Below are positions 7,554 to 16,938 of a stretch of DNA of 33,486 nt, piece after piece (within the stretch, counting starts at the first letter, position 1; every line of letters begins with the position of its first letter). The DNA is taken from positions 1 through 33,486 of the forward strand of contig CAZDTP010000045.1 in the NCBI GenBank assembly GCA_964508365.1, in the 5' to 3' direction. Made by a program: the position numbers and the translations under genes. The stretch is from an uncultured archaeon. Lineage in GTDB: Archaea > Asgardarchaeota > Lokiarchaeia > Sigyniarchaeales > SOKP01. Under the pieces are notes generated by a model. It ran no database searches and had not been told where the DNA came from. It saw only the letters and a program-made list of their open reading frames with translations.

Positions 7554-9965
7554 CTATTTTTCCGGTTTCTTCTTAAATTTAAAATAGAGAGTTTTATCTA
7601 GGATATTCCCAATTTTTGTGGCAAGATTGTTAGAAATTTTGTAGCGTTCCCCTTCTAGCATCTGTTTAATTTCTTCAGGATTCGGAAGACGATTTAGTCT
7701 CTCAGAAAGTACATTATTAGTAAAAGTAGTTATTTCATGTTCTATTCTTTCCATATTAGGTAATTTCATATCTGGAACGAGAGATTTAATTTTTTCGATC
7801 GTAAACAAATAAAACTCGCAGAATCTAGAAAAACTATCACCCTTTAATCCACTGTGTAACTGAATTTGCTCGGTAAGTGTTTTTGTATCTTTTTCGCTCC
7901 AATAAAACTGACGTGGATTCATCCCACGGCGGCTAATCCCCATTAAATTTGATGTAATTTTACGTTCAATCCAATTAAATGTGCTTTCTTGGCGTAACTT
8001 AATAATTTCTTTTTTTTTATCATCCTCTATTTTCTTTTTTTCTACATTCGCACTTTCAATTTTAACTTTTTCTAATTCTCCTAATTCTTCAAATCTTTTT
8101 ATTAGATCATAAGCTACACAATAGGATACAGGAGATACTAAATCCGCTTTTAGCTTTAAGGGGGATATACCCTTATAAACATAACTTTCTTGGCTCTTTA
8201 ACTCTGTAATACTTTCTTTGAGAGACTTTTTCATCAAACGAGATAATATAAATCCATTTATAAGAAAAACTTGATTGACAGCATTAAAAACTACTACTAG
8301 TTCTTTTTGCCTCTTCATAATTCTTTCGATACTTAATTCCTCCAGTTTAACTTGAACCCAATCTTCATAACCTTTGGTTTCTGTAACTACCATTAGAGCT
8401 TGTGAGTAAATCGCCTTATCATTTGAAAGTATACCATACAATTCGATTATTCTACTTAATTGTCTTAGAATTTTCGACAATATATTGTAAAACAAATCTG
8501 TTACTATATTATTTAATATCTCGTCATAGTCAAGAAGAAGAATTATTTGAGAGTAGTTGCTTAAATTCAAACCTTGAAAGAAAATTTTATCGACTGTTTG
8601 TTTTTTCCTTACAAACTCTCTCAGATCGTTTATATTTATCTCTGTTTTATTTTCTAAAATATCCCATAACTCGTTATATTCAGTTTCATTTCTATAGAGA
8701 ATTTTAAATAAATCGAATTCAAAATTATCAGCAACTTTTGTCATAAATTTCTCAAGATTTGGAAATTTTATACTAAATAATGCTTTTTTTGAAATATTTA
8801 TCAAATTTTTTTGATTGTCATTTAAAAGGATTAGATCTTGTTTTTTTATATTATATCTTATCATACTTTTCTTTACATTTTCAGCTAACTCATAATCAAC
8901 ATTCATTAAGTGTAATGTATTTTTAATTCCTCTTTTATTAAGTAAAAAAATAGCATCCTCAAAACTTGATTCGTTTAAACTTTGAAGGAAATAGATAAAA
9001 TCATTTGGATTTTTTTTTAATTGCTTAACAAGAGCCAATTTTAATTCTGAAAGAATTTTCTCTTCAAAATCGTCATATTTAAGATTCTCCTTAAACGCGT
9101 TTTCAATCGATTTGATAGTTTTTTTTTTTAAATTATTCCCTTCGATAAAAGTTTTTAACCCAGATATTGATATAGGAAATTTATTTAATTCATATTCCAT
9201 GATATGTTTCTTTATCATCCGGATAGGCATTGTTTGAATTGATAATTCCTTATATGATTTAAATTCAAATAGTTTTTGCATCCTCTCAATTAATCTATTT
9301 AAAGTAAAAACCTCAATAAATTTATCTTCTTTCTCTTCCTGGCCTAATTGTTCTTCAATTGGTATCGAGATGCCTTTAAACGCAGCGCTTTCTTCTAAAA
9401 TTTCCATTTTTATGATTTCATTTAAACCAATAATATCCCCTATAAAATCGTAAAAATAAAAGGATGGTAATTTGGATATAATGTTTAATAGTTCTCGTTC
9501 AATTTGATCTTCAATTTCCTCTATTTTTTTCTTTCTCTGAGTTTTTTGTAAATTACCTACCCTGTCATCTATTAATAATAATAAGAACATATTCTCTAAA
9601 TTAATAATTTCATCGAAAAGAACTCTTTCTAATTCAAAAGAATTTTTTAAAAAAGTCTCAACTTCTTCCATTAGAATCTGTTTCTCTACCATTTCAAGCT
9701 GTTGAGTCGAATCAACTGTCAACTTGTTTTTATCTAAAGATTCTTCTACTTTTATACCCATATAATGATACAAATGAACTGCTGCAGTAGCTATTAGAAG
9801 AGAGCGTAACGTTGGTTCTTTATGAATCAATTCGAAAATCTTTTCTTTATCAGCTTCTCTTTTCAAATGGGAAATTATTAAATCGACAGTCTGAAAAAAC
9901 CTAGAGGCACTTTCAGTCGCTGTTGATTTTCTTTTTACTCCGCTTATCATAACTTTTTTATCCAT
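7554..9965 (-). CDS. Large (803 aa) predominantly alpha-helical hypothetical protein
   Basis: Long ORF with amphipathic or coiled-coil-like periodicity and no recognisable catalytic motif. Its start overlaps the upstream gene by 19 nt. Confidence 0.85.
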   Translation of the reverse strand: MDKKVMISGVKRKSTATESASRFFQTVDLIISHLKREADKEKIFELIHKEPTLRSLLIATAAVHLYHYMGIKVEESLDKNKLTVDSTQQLEMVEKQILMEEVETFLKNSFELERVLFDEIINLENMFLLLLIDDRVGNLQKTQRKKKIEEIEDQIERELLNIISKLPSFYFYDFIGDIIGLNEIIKMEILEESAAFKGISIPIEEQLGQEEKEDKFIEVFTLNRLIERMQKLFEFKSYKELSIQTMPIRMIKKHIMEYELNKFPISISGLKTFIEGNNLKKKTIKSIENAFKENLKYDDFEEKILSELKLALVKQLKKNPNDFIYFLQSLNESSFEDAIFLLNKRGIKNTLHLMNVDYELAENVKKSMIRYNIKKQDLILLNDNQKNLINISKKALFSIKFPNLEKFMTKVADNFEFDLFKILYRNETEYNELWDILENKTEININDLREFVRKKQTVDKIFFQGLNLSNYSQIILLLDYDEILNNIVTDLFYNILSKILRQLSRIIELYGILSNDKAIYSQALMVVTETKGYEDWVQVKLEELSIERIMKRQKELVVVFNAVNQVFLINGFILSRLMKKSLKESITELKSQESYVYKGISPLKLKADLVSPVSYCVAYDLIKRFEELGELEKVKIESANVEKKKIEDDKKKEIIKLRQESTFNWIERKITSNLMGISRRGMNPRQFYWSEKDTKTLTEQIQLHSGLKGDSFSRFCEFYLFTIEKIKSLVPDMKLPNMERIEHEITTFTNNVLSERLNRLPNPEEIKQMLEGERYKISNNLATKIGNILDKTLYFKFKKKPEK

Positions 9966-12271
9966 TCTCTATATACTTCCTTAAAATTGTCTGCAATATC
10001 ATATTTAGCTTTATTGTGCCAGTACTTAAACTCAAAAACATGAAATAAGTCAGCGCTGAATAAGTCAACTTCTTCCGCTGTTAGTTCTTGTTTCAAAATC
10101 AGAGAAACTGGTCGAGGTATTAATTTTGAGAAATATTTGAGCTCCTTTTCCTTTATATAATTATAAAATGTGTTCTGTTCATCAATACTAAGATATTTTA
10201 AAGAAAGAATTTTTTCTTGTTCAATATTAAATAAGTTAATTTCTTTTTCAACTTTATTTTGGAGATACTTTGGAAATTCAGTTTTGATACCAATACAAAA
10301 TTCATAATGTTTATAGAAATCTATTAAAATTTCTTTTTCTACCTCATTTGAAATCCTTAAAATATATTTGTCTAAAAATTTGAAGAATGTTTCTGGTTTT
10401 TGTTCGTCTGATTCTCGTTCTTCCAAATATTTTATAAATTCAAATAATGTTTCATCCAAAGACCAATCTCGTATTTCTTCAATATTAAAAAATTTTTTAG
10501 CATAATCTTTTATCCATTCTAATATATATGTTTTCCAAGTTAAATTTATCGCCCCGATCCGCTTTTCTAAGAAGCGATGGAATCTATTTGTAAAAGTAAC
10601 TGGATCACTAATTTCTCCATCTGGTTCTTCTTTAAGAAATCGATTAATAGTAGTAAATCTCAAAATATAACTTAATAAATATTTTAATTCATTTGAGAAA
10701 CATTCAAATTTCTTTAAATGCGAGTTTATTAATTTTGAATCTTTTTCCATTTGTACTTCGGCGAAGGCAATTAAGTCACTTATGCTTAAATTAATGCTAC
10801 CAAAGAATGATTTGATGTTATCATTTACTAACTTTTTAAATTCTCTATTCAATATATCTTCGTTAAAAGTACCACCTTCTAACAATACAATTGGATTTAT
10901 CTCTATCTGCGAAATTAAGTGTTGTTCGAATTTACTTAAAATATTTTGCCCTAAAATTTTAGAAGGTTTTTGTTCATTTTCAAATTTTTCGTGCAAAACT
11001 CTAATAAAGTGATAGGTCAAAGTATTTAGTCTTCGGCGTGATAAATATCGTGGAAACGAGTTTCTAATACATACTATGCTATTTTTAACGACTTCTGCGA
11101 AATATTTTATTACAGAACTTAATTCACTTGCCCTCAGCTTTCCTTCACTAATAATTGATAGTGTTATTGAATTTATAGCTAATTCGCTGAGATCTCTATA
11201 AAAATCATTATTTTCTTCAGAATTGTCAATCATAAATGAGTTAAATTTTTCTAACAACTCCGAGATATTCCCTATTTCGCCGGTCGTTAGGAATTTCTTA
11301 GAAATTATTAAAAATTTATCAACTTTGACATTAAATTCAATTAAAATTTTTTCCATAAAGGAAATTATTTCGACACCAGAGACGAATTCTTGATTTTTAC
11401 TAAAACTTTCCTCAATTTTAGCAATAAAATATGATATAGTCTTTTCTTGGATTTCATCTATTGTCCCAATATTAGCTAACTTAAGTAAATTGGTTCCTAG
11501 GATTAGCGTTTTTTCAATAATAAAATTAGCACTCGGCTCTGAAATCGCAAATTTAAGGTGATCTATTGTTGACTTTCCAATATATGGCGATTTAAGCCGA
11601 TTATATTTTTGATCTGAAAATATAATCTCAATAGGGCTTTTATTCCAGAGATAATTTACATCCGTTTTTATCGATCCATAAGTAGATAACATTTCTTTTT
11701 CAGTTGGTAAAGAAACGTTTAAGCCTATTAATTTTTTATTCCATTTATCCTCAATCAAATCCCCATAAAGTTTTTTGCTAAATCGATTAGCAAATTTATT
11801 ATAAACTTGAATTTTTTTTTGATGTTCTAAAAGTGGATGATTAGAAAACTCTTCTACTTCGTAAAATAATTTACTTATATCATTAAGTGATTCTCTTGAT
11901 TTGTGTGGATCTAAATATCCAGTTTCTGGTTTTAAAGCAAGTAATAAACTTTCACACTCCTTGTATTTACCAGGAATGAGTATCATCGATTTTGGGTAAA
12001 TATTCATTTGAGCGTCTTTTTGGTTATAATTATACAATTCAAATTCTATTGAAAATACTTCAGAACCAGCAAAGTCCCTCAAAATAGCATTATACATTCG
12101 AAGATATGTTATTACTTCCTTAGAAAGCGCGTTCACCATTTCTTTAGTTAGTTTTCCTGGTCCTATTACATCTCCGGCTATTAAATCTGTGGGACTAGAG
12201 TACCCAAAGATTAAAGAAAATTGAAAATTAATAGACTCACGTGTAGTTATCATAATTTCGTTTTTTTTCAA
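9947..12271 (-). CDS. Large (774 aa) hypothetical protein, alpha/beta N-terminal domain followed by a helical body
   Basis: Long ORF; start is TTG 12271 or ATG 12253. No Walker or TM motifs. Confidence 0.85.
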   Translation of the reverse strand: MKKNEIMITTRESINFQFSLIFGYSSPTDLIAGDVIGPGKLTKEMVNALSKEVITYLRMYNAILRDFAGSEVFSIEFELYNYNQKDAQMNIYPKSMILIPGKYKECESLLLALKPETGYLDPHKSRESLNDISKLFYEVEEFSNHPLLEHQKKIQVYNKFANRFSKKLYGDLIEDKWNKKLIGLNVSLPTEKEMLSTYGSIKTDVNYLWNKSPIEIIFSDQKYNRLKSPYIGKSTIDHLKFAISEPSANFIIEKTLILGTNLLKLANIGTIDEIQEKTISYFIAKIEESFSKNQEFVSGVEIISFMEKILIEFNVKVDKFLIISKKFLTTGEIGNISELLEKFNSFMIDNSEENNDFYRDLSELAINSITLSIISEGKLRASELSSVIKYFAEVVKNSIVCIRNSFPRYLSRRRLNTLTYHFIRVLHEKFENEQKPSKILGQNILSKFEQHLISQIEINPIVLLEGGTFNEDILNREFKKLVNDNIKSFFGSINLSISDLIAFAEVQMEKDSKLINSHLKKFECFSNELKYLLSYILRFTTINRFLKEEPDGEISDPVTFTNRFHRFLEKRIGAINLTWKTYILEWIKDYAKKFFNIEEIRDWSLDETLFEFIKYLEERESDEQKPETFFKFLDKYILRISNEVEKEILIDFYKHYEFCIGIKTEFPKYLQNKVEKEINLFNIEQEKILSLKYLSIDEQNTFYNYIKEKELKYFSKLIPRPVSLILKQELTAEEVDLFSADLFHVFEFKYWHNKAKYDIADNFKEVYREWIKKL

Positions 12272-12497
12272 ATCTTTTTTTATAAAAGATAATAATCATA
12301 CATTTTAACTTTTAGCAATAGATTTTTTTTAGTGTTTTGTGTATTATCGTTTATTATTATTTTTCTTGACTTTGATTAATAATTGTGGAGAAGAAAAAAT
12401 AAAGAAATAAAAAGTAACAATATTATATTAATAATATTTAAGTGAAGTAAATTCTCAAATAGCAATCGTAAATATATACCGTGGATGGTGATACAAA

Positions 12498-12902
12498 TTG
12501 GAGTTTGGTACAGACCTTGGAATTGGGCCCAATGAAATAGAAAAAATAAGTCCTCAAATTACTTTTATCACCTCAAACGCGGATATAGAAGCTATCGCAC
12601 TTGTAAGCTTGGAAGGTTATCAGATCGCTTTTTCAGCTCTTCCACAATATCAAGTTGATGGAGATCAGTTTTGTGGACTAGCTAGTGCATTGTTAATGAC
12701 GGGAAGTTCAACAATTAAAACATTATTTCAAGAAGATTTAAGTGAAATAATTGTGAGAGCAGAGAATGGCTATATAATTGTTAGTAACGCAGGTCGTCTA
12801 GTAATTGTATGTGCGGGAACTATTATTGATACTTTGATGAAAACTGTTAAAGTAATGAGAGTTGCTGCAAAGAAGTTAGCTATGATTTTTGAACAAAAAT
12901 GA
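12498..12902 (+). CDS. Roadblock/LC7 (MglB-like) domain protein
   Basis: IEAIALVSLEGYQIA, GLASALL, EIIVRAENGYIIVSNAG, MRVAAKKL are the roadblock pattern. GGTGAT SD before the TTG. Confidence 0.9.
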   Translation: MEFGTDLGIGPNEIEKISPQITFITSNADIEAIALVSLEGYQIAFSALPQYQVDGDQFCGLASALLMTGSSTIKTLFQEDLSEIIVRAENGYIIVSNAGRLVIVCAGTIIDTLMKTVKVMRVAAKKLAMIFEQK

Positions 12903-12987
12903 ATAACAATTATTTTTTTTTTTTGTAGAATAAGTTTTTAAGGTTTCAATAATAATATTTTCAATATACATTTTATGGTTAATATCG

Positions 12988-13059
12988 ATGCTTACTAAAA
13001 TGAACCTCCTTAAATGTTGGCGAGGCACATGGCGTTTAAAAACGCTTTTTCAACGGTAA
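12988..13059 (+). CDS. Putative Trp-containing leader peptide MLTKMNLLKCWRGTWRLKTLFQR upstream of trpB2
   Basis: 23-codon ORF (alternative ATG 13000) with TGG at 13018 and 13030. It lies in a locally GC-richer island 152 nt before the trpB2 ATG. Confidence 0.35.
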   Translation: MLTKMNLLKCWRGTWRLKTLFQR

Positions 13060-13112
13060 AACCATAAATTTTGCTCTGACTACTTTTTAACATCACTTTT
13101 TAAATAACACGT

Positions 13113-13126
13113 ATTGCATCTGCAAT
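13113..13126. promoter_or_regulatory. Palindrome ATTGCA-TC-TGCAAT, candidate operator for trpB2
   Basis: Perfect 6-bp arms just downstream of TATA-like TTTTTAAATA (13097-13106). Confidence 0.3.
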
Positions 13127-13211
13127 TAGGCATTATTATTATTGAATTCCAATTTTAAGATGAGACATCATTTAAATTTGATGATGAAAAAATAGTAAAA
13201 AGGAAGCAAGT

Positions 13212-14612
13212 ATGACAGATTTTTATAAAACAAGAATTTTACTTGAACCGAGTGAAATACCAAAAGAGTGGGTTAATATCGTACCAGATTTACCTGCTCC
13301 CATGACGCCCTTAATAAATCCCATGGATGGAATGCCTGCACCTCCAGAACTTGCATTTGCAATATTTCCAAAGGAATGTGTACTTCAGGAAGTCTCTCAA
13401 GAGCCTACAATTCAAATTCCTAAGGAATTAAGGGAGCTTTATGCGAAATCTTATCGGCCAACACCGCTTCATAGAGCATATGGTTTAGAGAAAGAACTTG
13501 GAATTGAAAATGAAGACATCAAAATTTTCTATAAAAATGAGTCGGTTTCTCCTACTGGATCTCACAAACCAAACACTGCTCTAGCTCAAGCTTATTACTC
13601 TAAAAGAGATGGAGTCGATGAATTGATAACCGAAACAGGAGCTGGTCAATGGGGTTCTGCTTTAGCTTACGGATGTAATTTGTTTGACATAAAATGTACT
13701 GTTTACATGGTGAGAGCTAGCTTTATCCAAAAACCGGGAAGAAAAATACTAATGAGAGCTTTTAATGCACAAGTTCATGCAAGCCCTTCAAAATTGACAG
13801 ATTCTGGAAGATTTTATTATGAAAAAGATCCAGATCATCCAGGAAGTTTAGGAATTGCTATATCTGAAGCGGTTGAACATAGTATGAGAAGTGAGAAGTC
13901 GAGATATTCTTTAGGTAGTGTTGTGAATTTCGTTCTTTTACATCAAACTATCATAGGACAAGAGGTTAAAGCACAACTACAAAAAATTAAAGTGGAACCA
14001 GATGTTTTGATTGGGTGTATGGGGGGAGGGTCTAATTTAGGAGGTCTAATGATTCCTTTCGCGAAAGATAAATTACAAGGGAAATATCCTGATTTAGAGA
14101 TCGTTGGAGTAGAACCTAGAGCTTGCCCAAGTGTCAACAAAGGAGATTATAGATGGGACTACGGAGATTCTGCGAAAAAAGCTCCAATTTTAAAGATGTT
14201 TACATTAGGTCATAATTTTATTCCAAGCCCAATTCATTCAGGAGGATTACGATATCATGGAATGGCTCCAATAATATCGATATTAGCGAAAAAAAAAATA
14301 ATGTCTTCAGTCATGCATCACCAAACTGAAGTTATTGAATCAGGTTTAATTTTTGCTAAAACAGAGGGGATTCTACCTGCGCCTGAAGCCGCTCACGCGG
14401 TGAAAGAAACGATTGAACAAGCCTTAAGAGCAAAAGAAAACTCCGAAAAGAAAACGATCGTTTTCTGCTTAAGTGGACACGGATTTTTTGATTTATTAGC
14501 ATATAAAGAATATATGGCTGGTAATTTAGTAGATTATGAACTGCCAAATAATGAAATTCAAAAGGCTTTAAGCGCACCTGATATGCCTAATATTGATGAA
14601 ACTCGGTTTTAA
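13212..14612 (+). CDS. trpB2: Stand-alone tryptophan synthase beta chain, TrpB2 type
   Basis: YRPTPLHRA, YKNESVSPTGSHKPN (PLP lysine), TETGAGQWG, GGGSN, IHSGGLRYHG, PAPEAAHA. No other trp genes adjacent. Confidence 0.95.
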   Translation: MTDFYKTRILLEPSEIPKEWVNIVPDLPAPMTPLINPMDGMPAPPELAFAIFPKECVLQEVSQEPTIQIPKELRELYAKSYRPTPLHRAYGLEKELGIENEDIKIFYKNESVSPTGSHKPNTALAQAYYSKRDGVDELITETGAGQWGSALAYGCNLFDIKCTVYMVRASFIQKPGRKILMRAFNAQVHASPSKLTDSGRFYYEKDPDHPGSLGIAISEAVEHSMRSEKSRYSLGSVVNFVLLHQTIIGQEVKAQLQKIKVEPDVLIGCMGGGSNLGGLMIPFAKDKLQGKYPDLEIVGVEPRACPSVNKGDYRWDYGDSAKKAPILKMFTLGHNFIPSPIHSGGLRYHGMAPIISILAKKKIMSSVMHHQTEVIESGLIFAKTEGILPAPEAAHAVKETIEQALRAKENSEKKTIVFCLSGHGFFDLLAYKEYMAGNLVDYELPNNEIQKALSAPDMPNIDETRF

Positions 14613-14704
14613 ATACAACTAAAAGCTTTTTATTAAATTTTTTTTCATTTTTAATAAAGATTTTAAAATTTCTTAGATAATATCTATAAGAAAACATAAA
14701 GAGA

Positions 14705-15799
14705 TTGTTATTTTTGGATACACTATCTATTATAATTACTTGTATTCTATATTTTTATGGCTTAATTTCGCTTTACATTGCTTTTTTGGCAAAAAAAAGA
14801 GACGAAAAAGAAGCTTTTATTAATAACCTTGTAAATTCATTAATCTTCATTGTTAGCATTACAATTAATATAGCGATAAATTCTCTAAAATTTTCCAATA
14901 TTGGGTTTATAGTATTCCCTTTTGATATATTTATAATAATTTTTGTTATTTTTTTCTTACCTCTTTTTTCATTATCTATAAAAAGAGAAAAAAAAAAAGT
15001 TAGATTAAAAGAAAAACATATAGAAGAAGAAAATTCTAAATTGACTGAGGACCTACCTTTTAAATACGAACTATACAGAAAATTAACACATTTAATAGTC
15101 TTAGGAATCGCTTTTTTCTATTTTACGCTTGGATTTTTGGTTCAAAATATTTTTATTTATATACTAGAGTTTTTCCCGAATATTATTTCTGAGTTCTTCT
15201 TCTCAATCTATAATATTGAAGCTAATAAAATGATTTTTACGCAATATTTAGTAGTTTTTTTAGTTGGAGTATCTTTAATTGGGTTACTCACAGCAGATTT
15301 TATTAGAATTTTAAAACCAAACCTTTACCCTTTAAAACCAGTAAACCGAATTCTTAGGAAAAAGGAGCGGCAAATGAGATTAGGTCCGCATATTTCTATG
15401 GGAATTGGTTGTTTTTCGATTATAATATTGTTTGGACCTTTTCAGCCTATTGGGCCTATTGTTATATGTACATCGATGACTATGTCTATTTTTGGAGATA
15501 TGACTGCTAATTTGGTGGGACGAAAATTTGGGCATCACAAAATTCGTAATACAAAAAAATCTTACGAGGGATTAATTGCTGGAATGAGTATAGCATACAT
15601 CTCGGGAATTATTACATTAATATTTATTAATCAATTATTTCCAATTAACCTCGCTAGTTTGATAATTCTTCCCTCTGTCGGAATGTTAGTGATAGGATTT
15701 ATAGACTACTTAGATTTAGATATTGATGATAATTTGACATATAATTTTATGGTATCAACTACTCTATTCATTATTTCATTATCTATTTTAGGTTTATAA
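14705..15799 (+). CDS. CTP-dependent polyprenol/dolichol/phytol kinase-family membrane protein (SEC59/DGK1/VTE5-like)
   Basis: ELYRKLTHL, GDMTANLVGRKFG, KKSYEG and DDNL motifs; about 9-10 TM segments. Confidence 0.85.
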   Translation: MLFLDTLSIIITCILYFYGLISLYIAFLAKKRDEKEAFINNLVNSLIFIVSITINIAINSLKFSNIGFIVFPFDIFIIIFVIFFLPLFSLSIKREKKKVRLKEKHIEEENSKLTEDLPFKYELYRKLTHLIVLGIAFFYFTLGFLVQNIFIYILEFFPNIISEFFFSIYNIEANKMIFTQYLVVFLVGVSLIGLLTADFIRILKPNLYPLKPVNRILRKKERQMRLGPHISMGIGCFSIIILFGPFQPIGPIVICTSMTMSIFGDMTANLVGRKFGHHKIRNTKKSYEGLIAGMSIAYISGIITLIFINQLFPINLASLIILPSVGMLVIGFIDYLDLDIDDNLTYNFMVSTTLFIISLSILGL

Positions 15800-15855
15800 A
15801 TTAAAGGATGTTATTAGCAAAAATTTTTCAATCACAAAATTTTATTTAAAAGAAT

Positions 15856-16359
15856 ATGAGCGAAGAAAAATTAAAAATAGATAAAATAAAGAAAGGGACA
15901 GTTATCGACCATATTGATAGCGGTTATGCTTTAACCATTCTGAATTTAACTGGGCTTGGAGAATCTCCCAATCTAATGACAATTGGTGTTAATGTTTCTT
16001 CAAAGAAATACAATAAAAAGGATATTATTAAGATTGAAGGTGTTTTTCTCAACCAAATTCAACTTCAACAAATTTCAATCCTTTCGCCAAATTCAAAGAT
16101 ATCCTTGATTGAAGATTATAAAGTAATCGAAAAAAAGAAAGTGAAACTCCCAGATATTATCAAAAGTCTAATTTTATGTCGAAGTAATACATGCATTTCC
16201 AATTCTGGTGAACCTATCGATACAGAATTTAATGTTCTAGAAGAAAAACCATTGAAAATTCAATGTGTGTATTGCAATCGTATATATAAATTGGATGAAA
16301 TTGTTTTCAGTTCTAAGGAAAAAATCGAAAAAAGAGTAAAACAATCAATCGAACTGTAA
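15856..16359 (+). CDS. pyrI: Aspartate carbamoyltransferase regulatory chain
   Basis: KIKKGTVIDHI, KKDIIKIE, Zn ligands CRSNTCISN and CVYC. Confidence 0.95.
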   Translation: MSEEKLKIDKIKKGTVIDHIDSGYALTILNLTGLGESPNLMTIGVNVSSKKYNKKDIIKIEGVFLNQIQLQQISILSPNSKISLIEDYKVIEKKKVKLPDIIKSLILCRSNTCISNSGEPIDTEFNVLEEKPLKIQCVYCNRIYKLDEIVFSSKEKIEKRVKQSIEL

Positions 16360-16365
16360 AAATTT

Positions 16366-16788
16366 TTAGCTAAAAGCTAAAAAGGTATGTGTAATTACCG
16401 TAACGATCATAAATAACAAGAAATATATGCCTATACCCGGTTTAATTATATTTTTCCAATTCCATTCTTCTTTATCGTATTGATATTTTAAGATAATAAA
16501 ACTAACAAAAAACGGTGTTAGAAACCAAAAGCATAACATCCAGATAAACAACCAAAAACCAAAGATTCCAAATAGCAATCTGCCCAAAAGTCCGCTTAAA
16601 ACGGCAGTAATTACTCTAATCCAATAAAGTTTTGTTTCCTTTTCAAGCCGTATATCAATCTTTTTTGTTGATTTTTTATCAATATTAATTTCTTGTTCAG
16701 GATGTGATTTTCTTTTTTCCCTTATGAGTTTTTGGCGTTCTTTTTTAATATTAACTCTTTTTGGTTTCCGATTTTCTTTTTTAACCAT
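16366..16788 (-). CDS. Rab5ip-family (EMC6/OPTI-like) three-TM membrane protein with basic cytosolic N-terminus
   Basis: LYWIRVITAVLSG, DKEEWNWKNIIKPG and FLLFMIVTVITHT resemble my recollection of OPTI/RAB5IF (IYWFRQIIAVVLG, DEEEY..W..TKEG, FALFMVIWIIFYT). Confidence 0.65.
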   Translation of the reverse strand: MVKKENRKPKRVNIKKERQKLIREKRKSHPEQEINIDKKSTKKIDIRLEKETKLYWIRVITAVLSGLLGRLLFGIFGFWLFIWMLCFWFLTPFFVSFIILKYQYDKEEWNWKNIIKPGIGIYFLLFMIVTVITHTFLAFS

Positions 16789-16938
16789 AATTAGTACTAT
16801 TAATATTATTGTTTTTATTAAAATTTTGAAATTTAAACCGAGTATAAACTATATTTGTATCTGTTAAAAATGGAAAAATAGAAAAAAATGAATTCATGAC
16901 TAATAAATAAGAAAGAAATAATTTCAAACGACAATGCA

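Noticed and set aside
12965-12970. TrpY-type TRTACA box upstream of trpB2
   Set aside because: Single TATACA hexamer in AT-rich DNA; TrpY sites occur in repeats.
13000-13059. TnaC homology of the leader peptide (MNLLKC versus MNILHIC)
   Set aside because: The functionally required W12/D16/P24 spacing of TnaC is absent.
13181-13187. Second ATGATGA C box (also at 16939)
   Set aside because: No CTGA D box or terminal stem at a suitable distance; the copy at 16939 is just Met-Met of rqcH.
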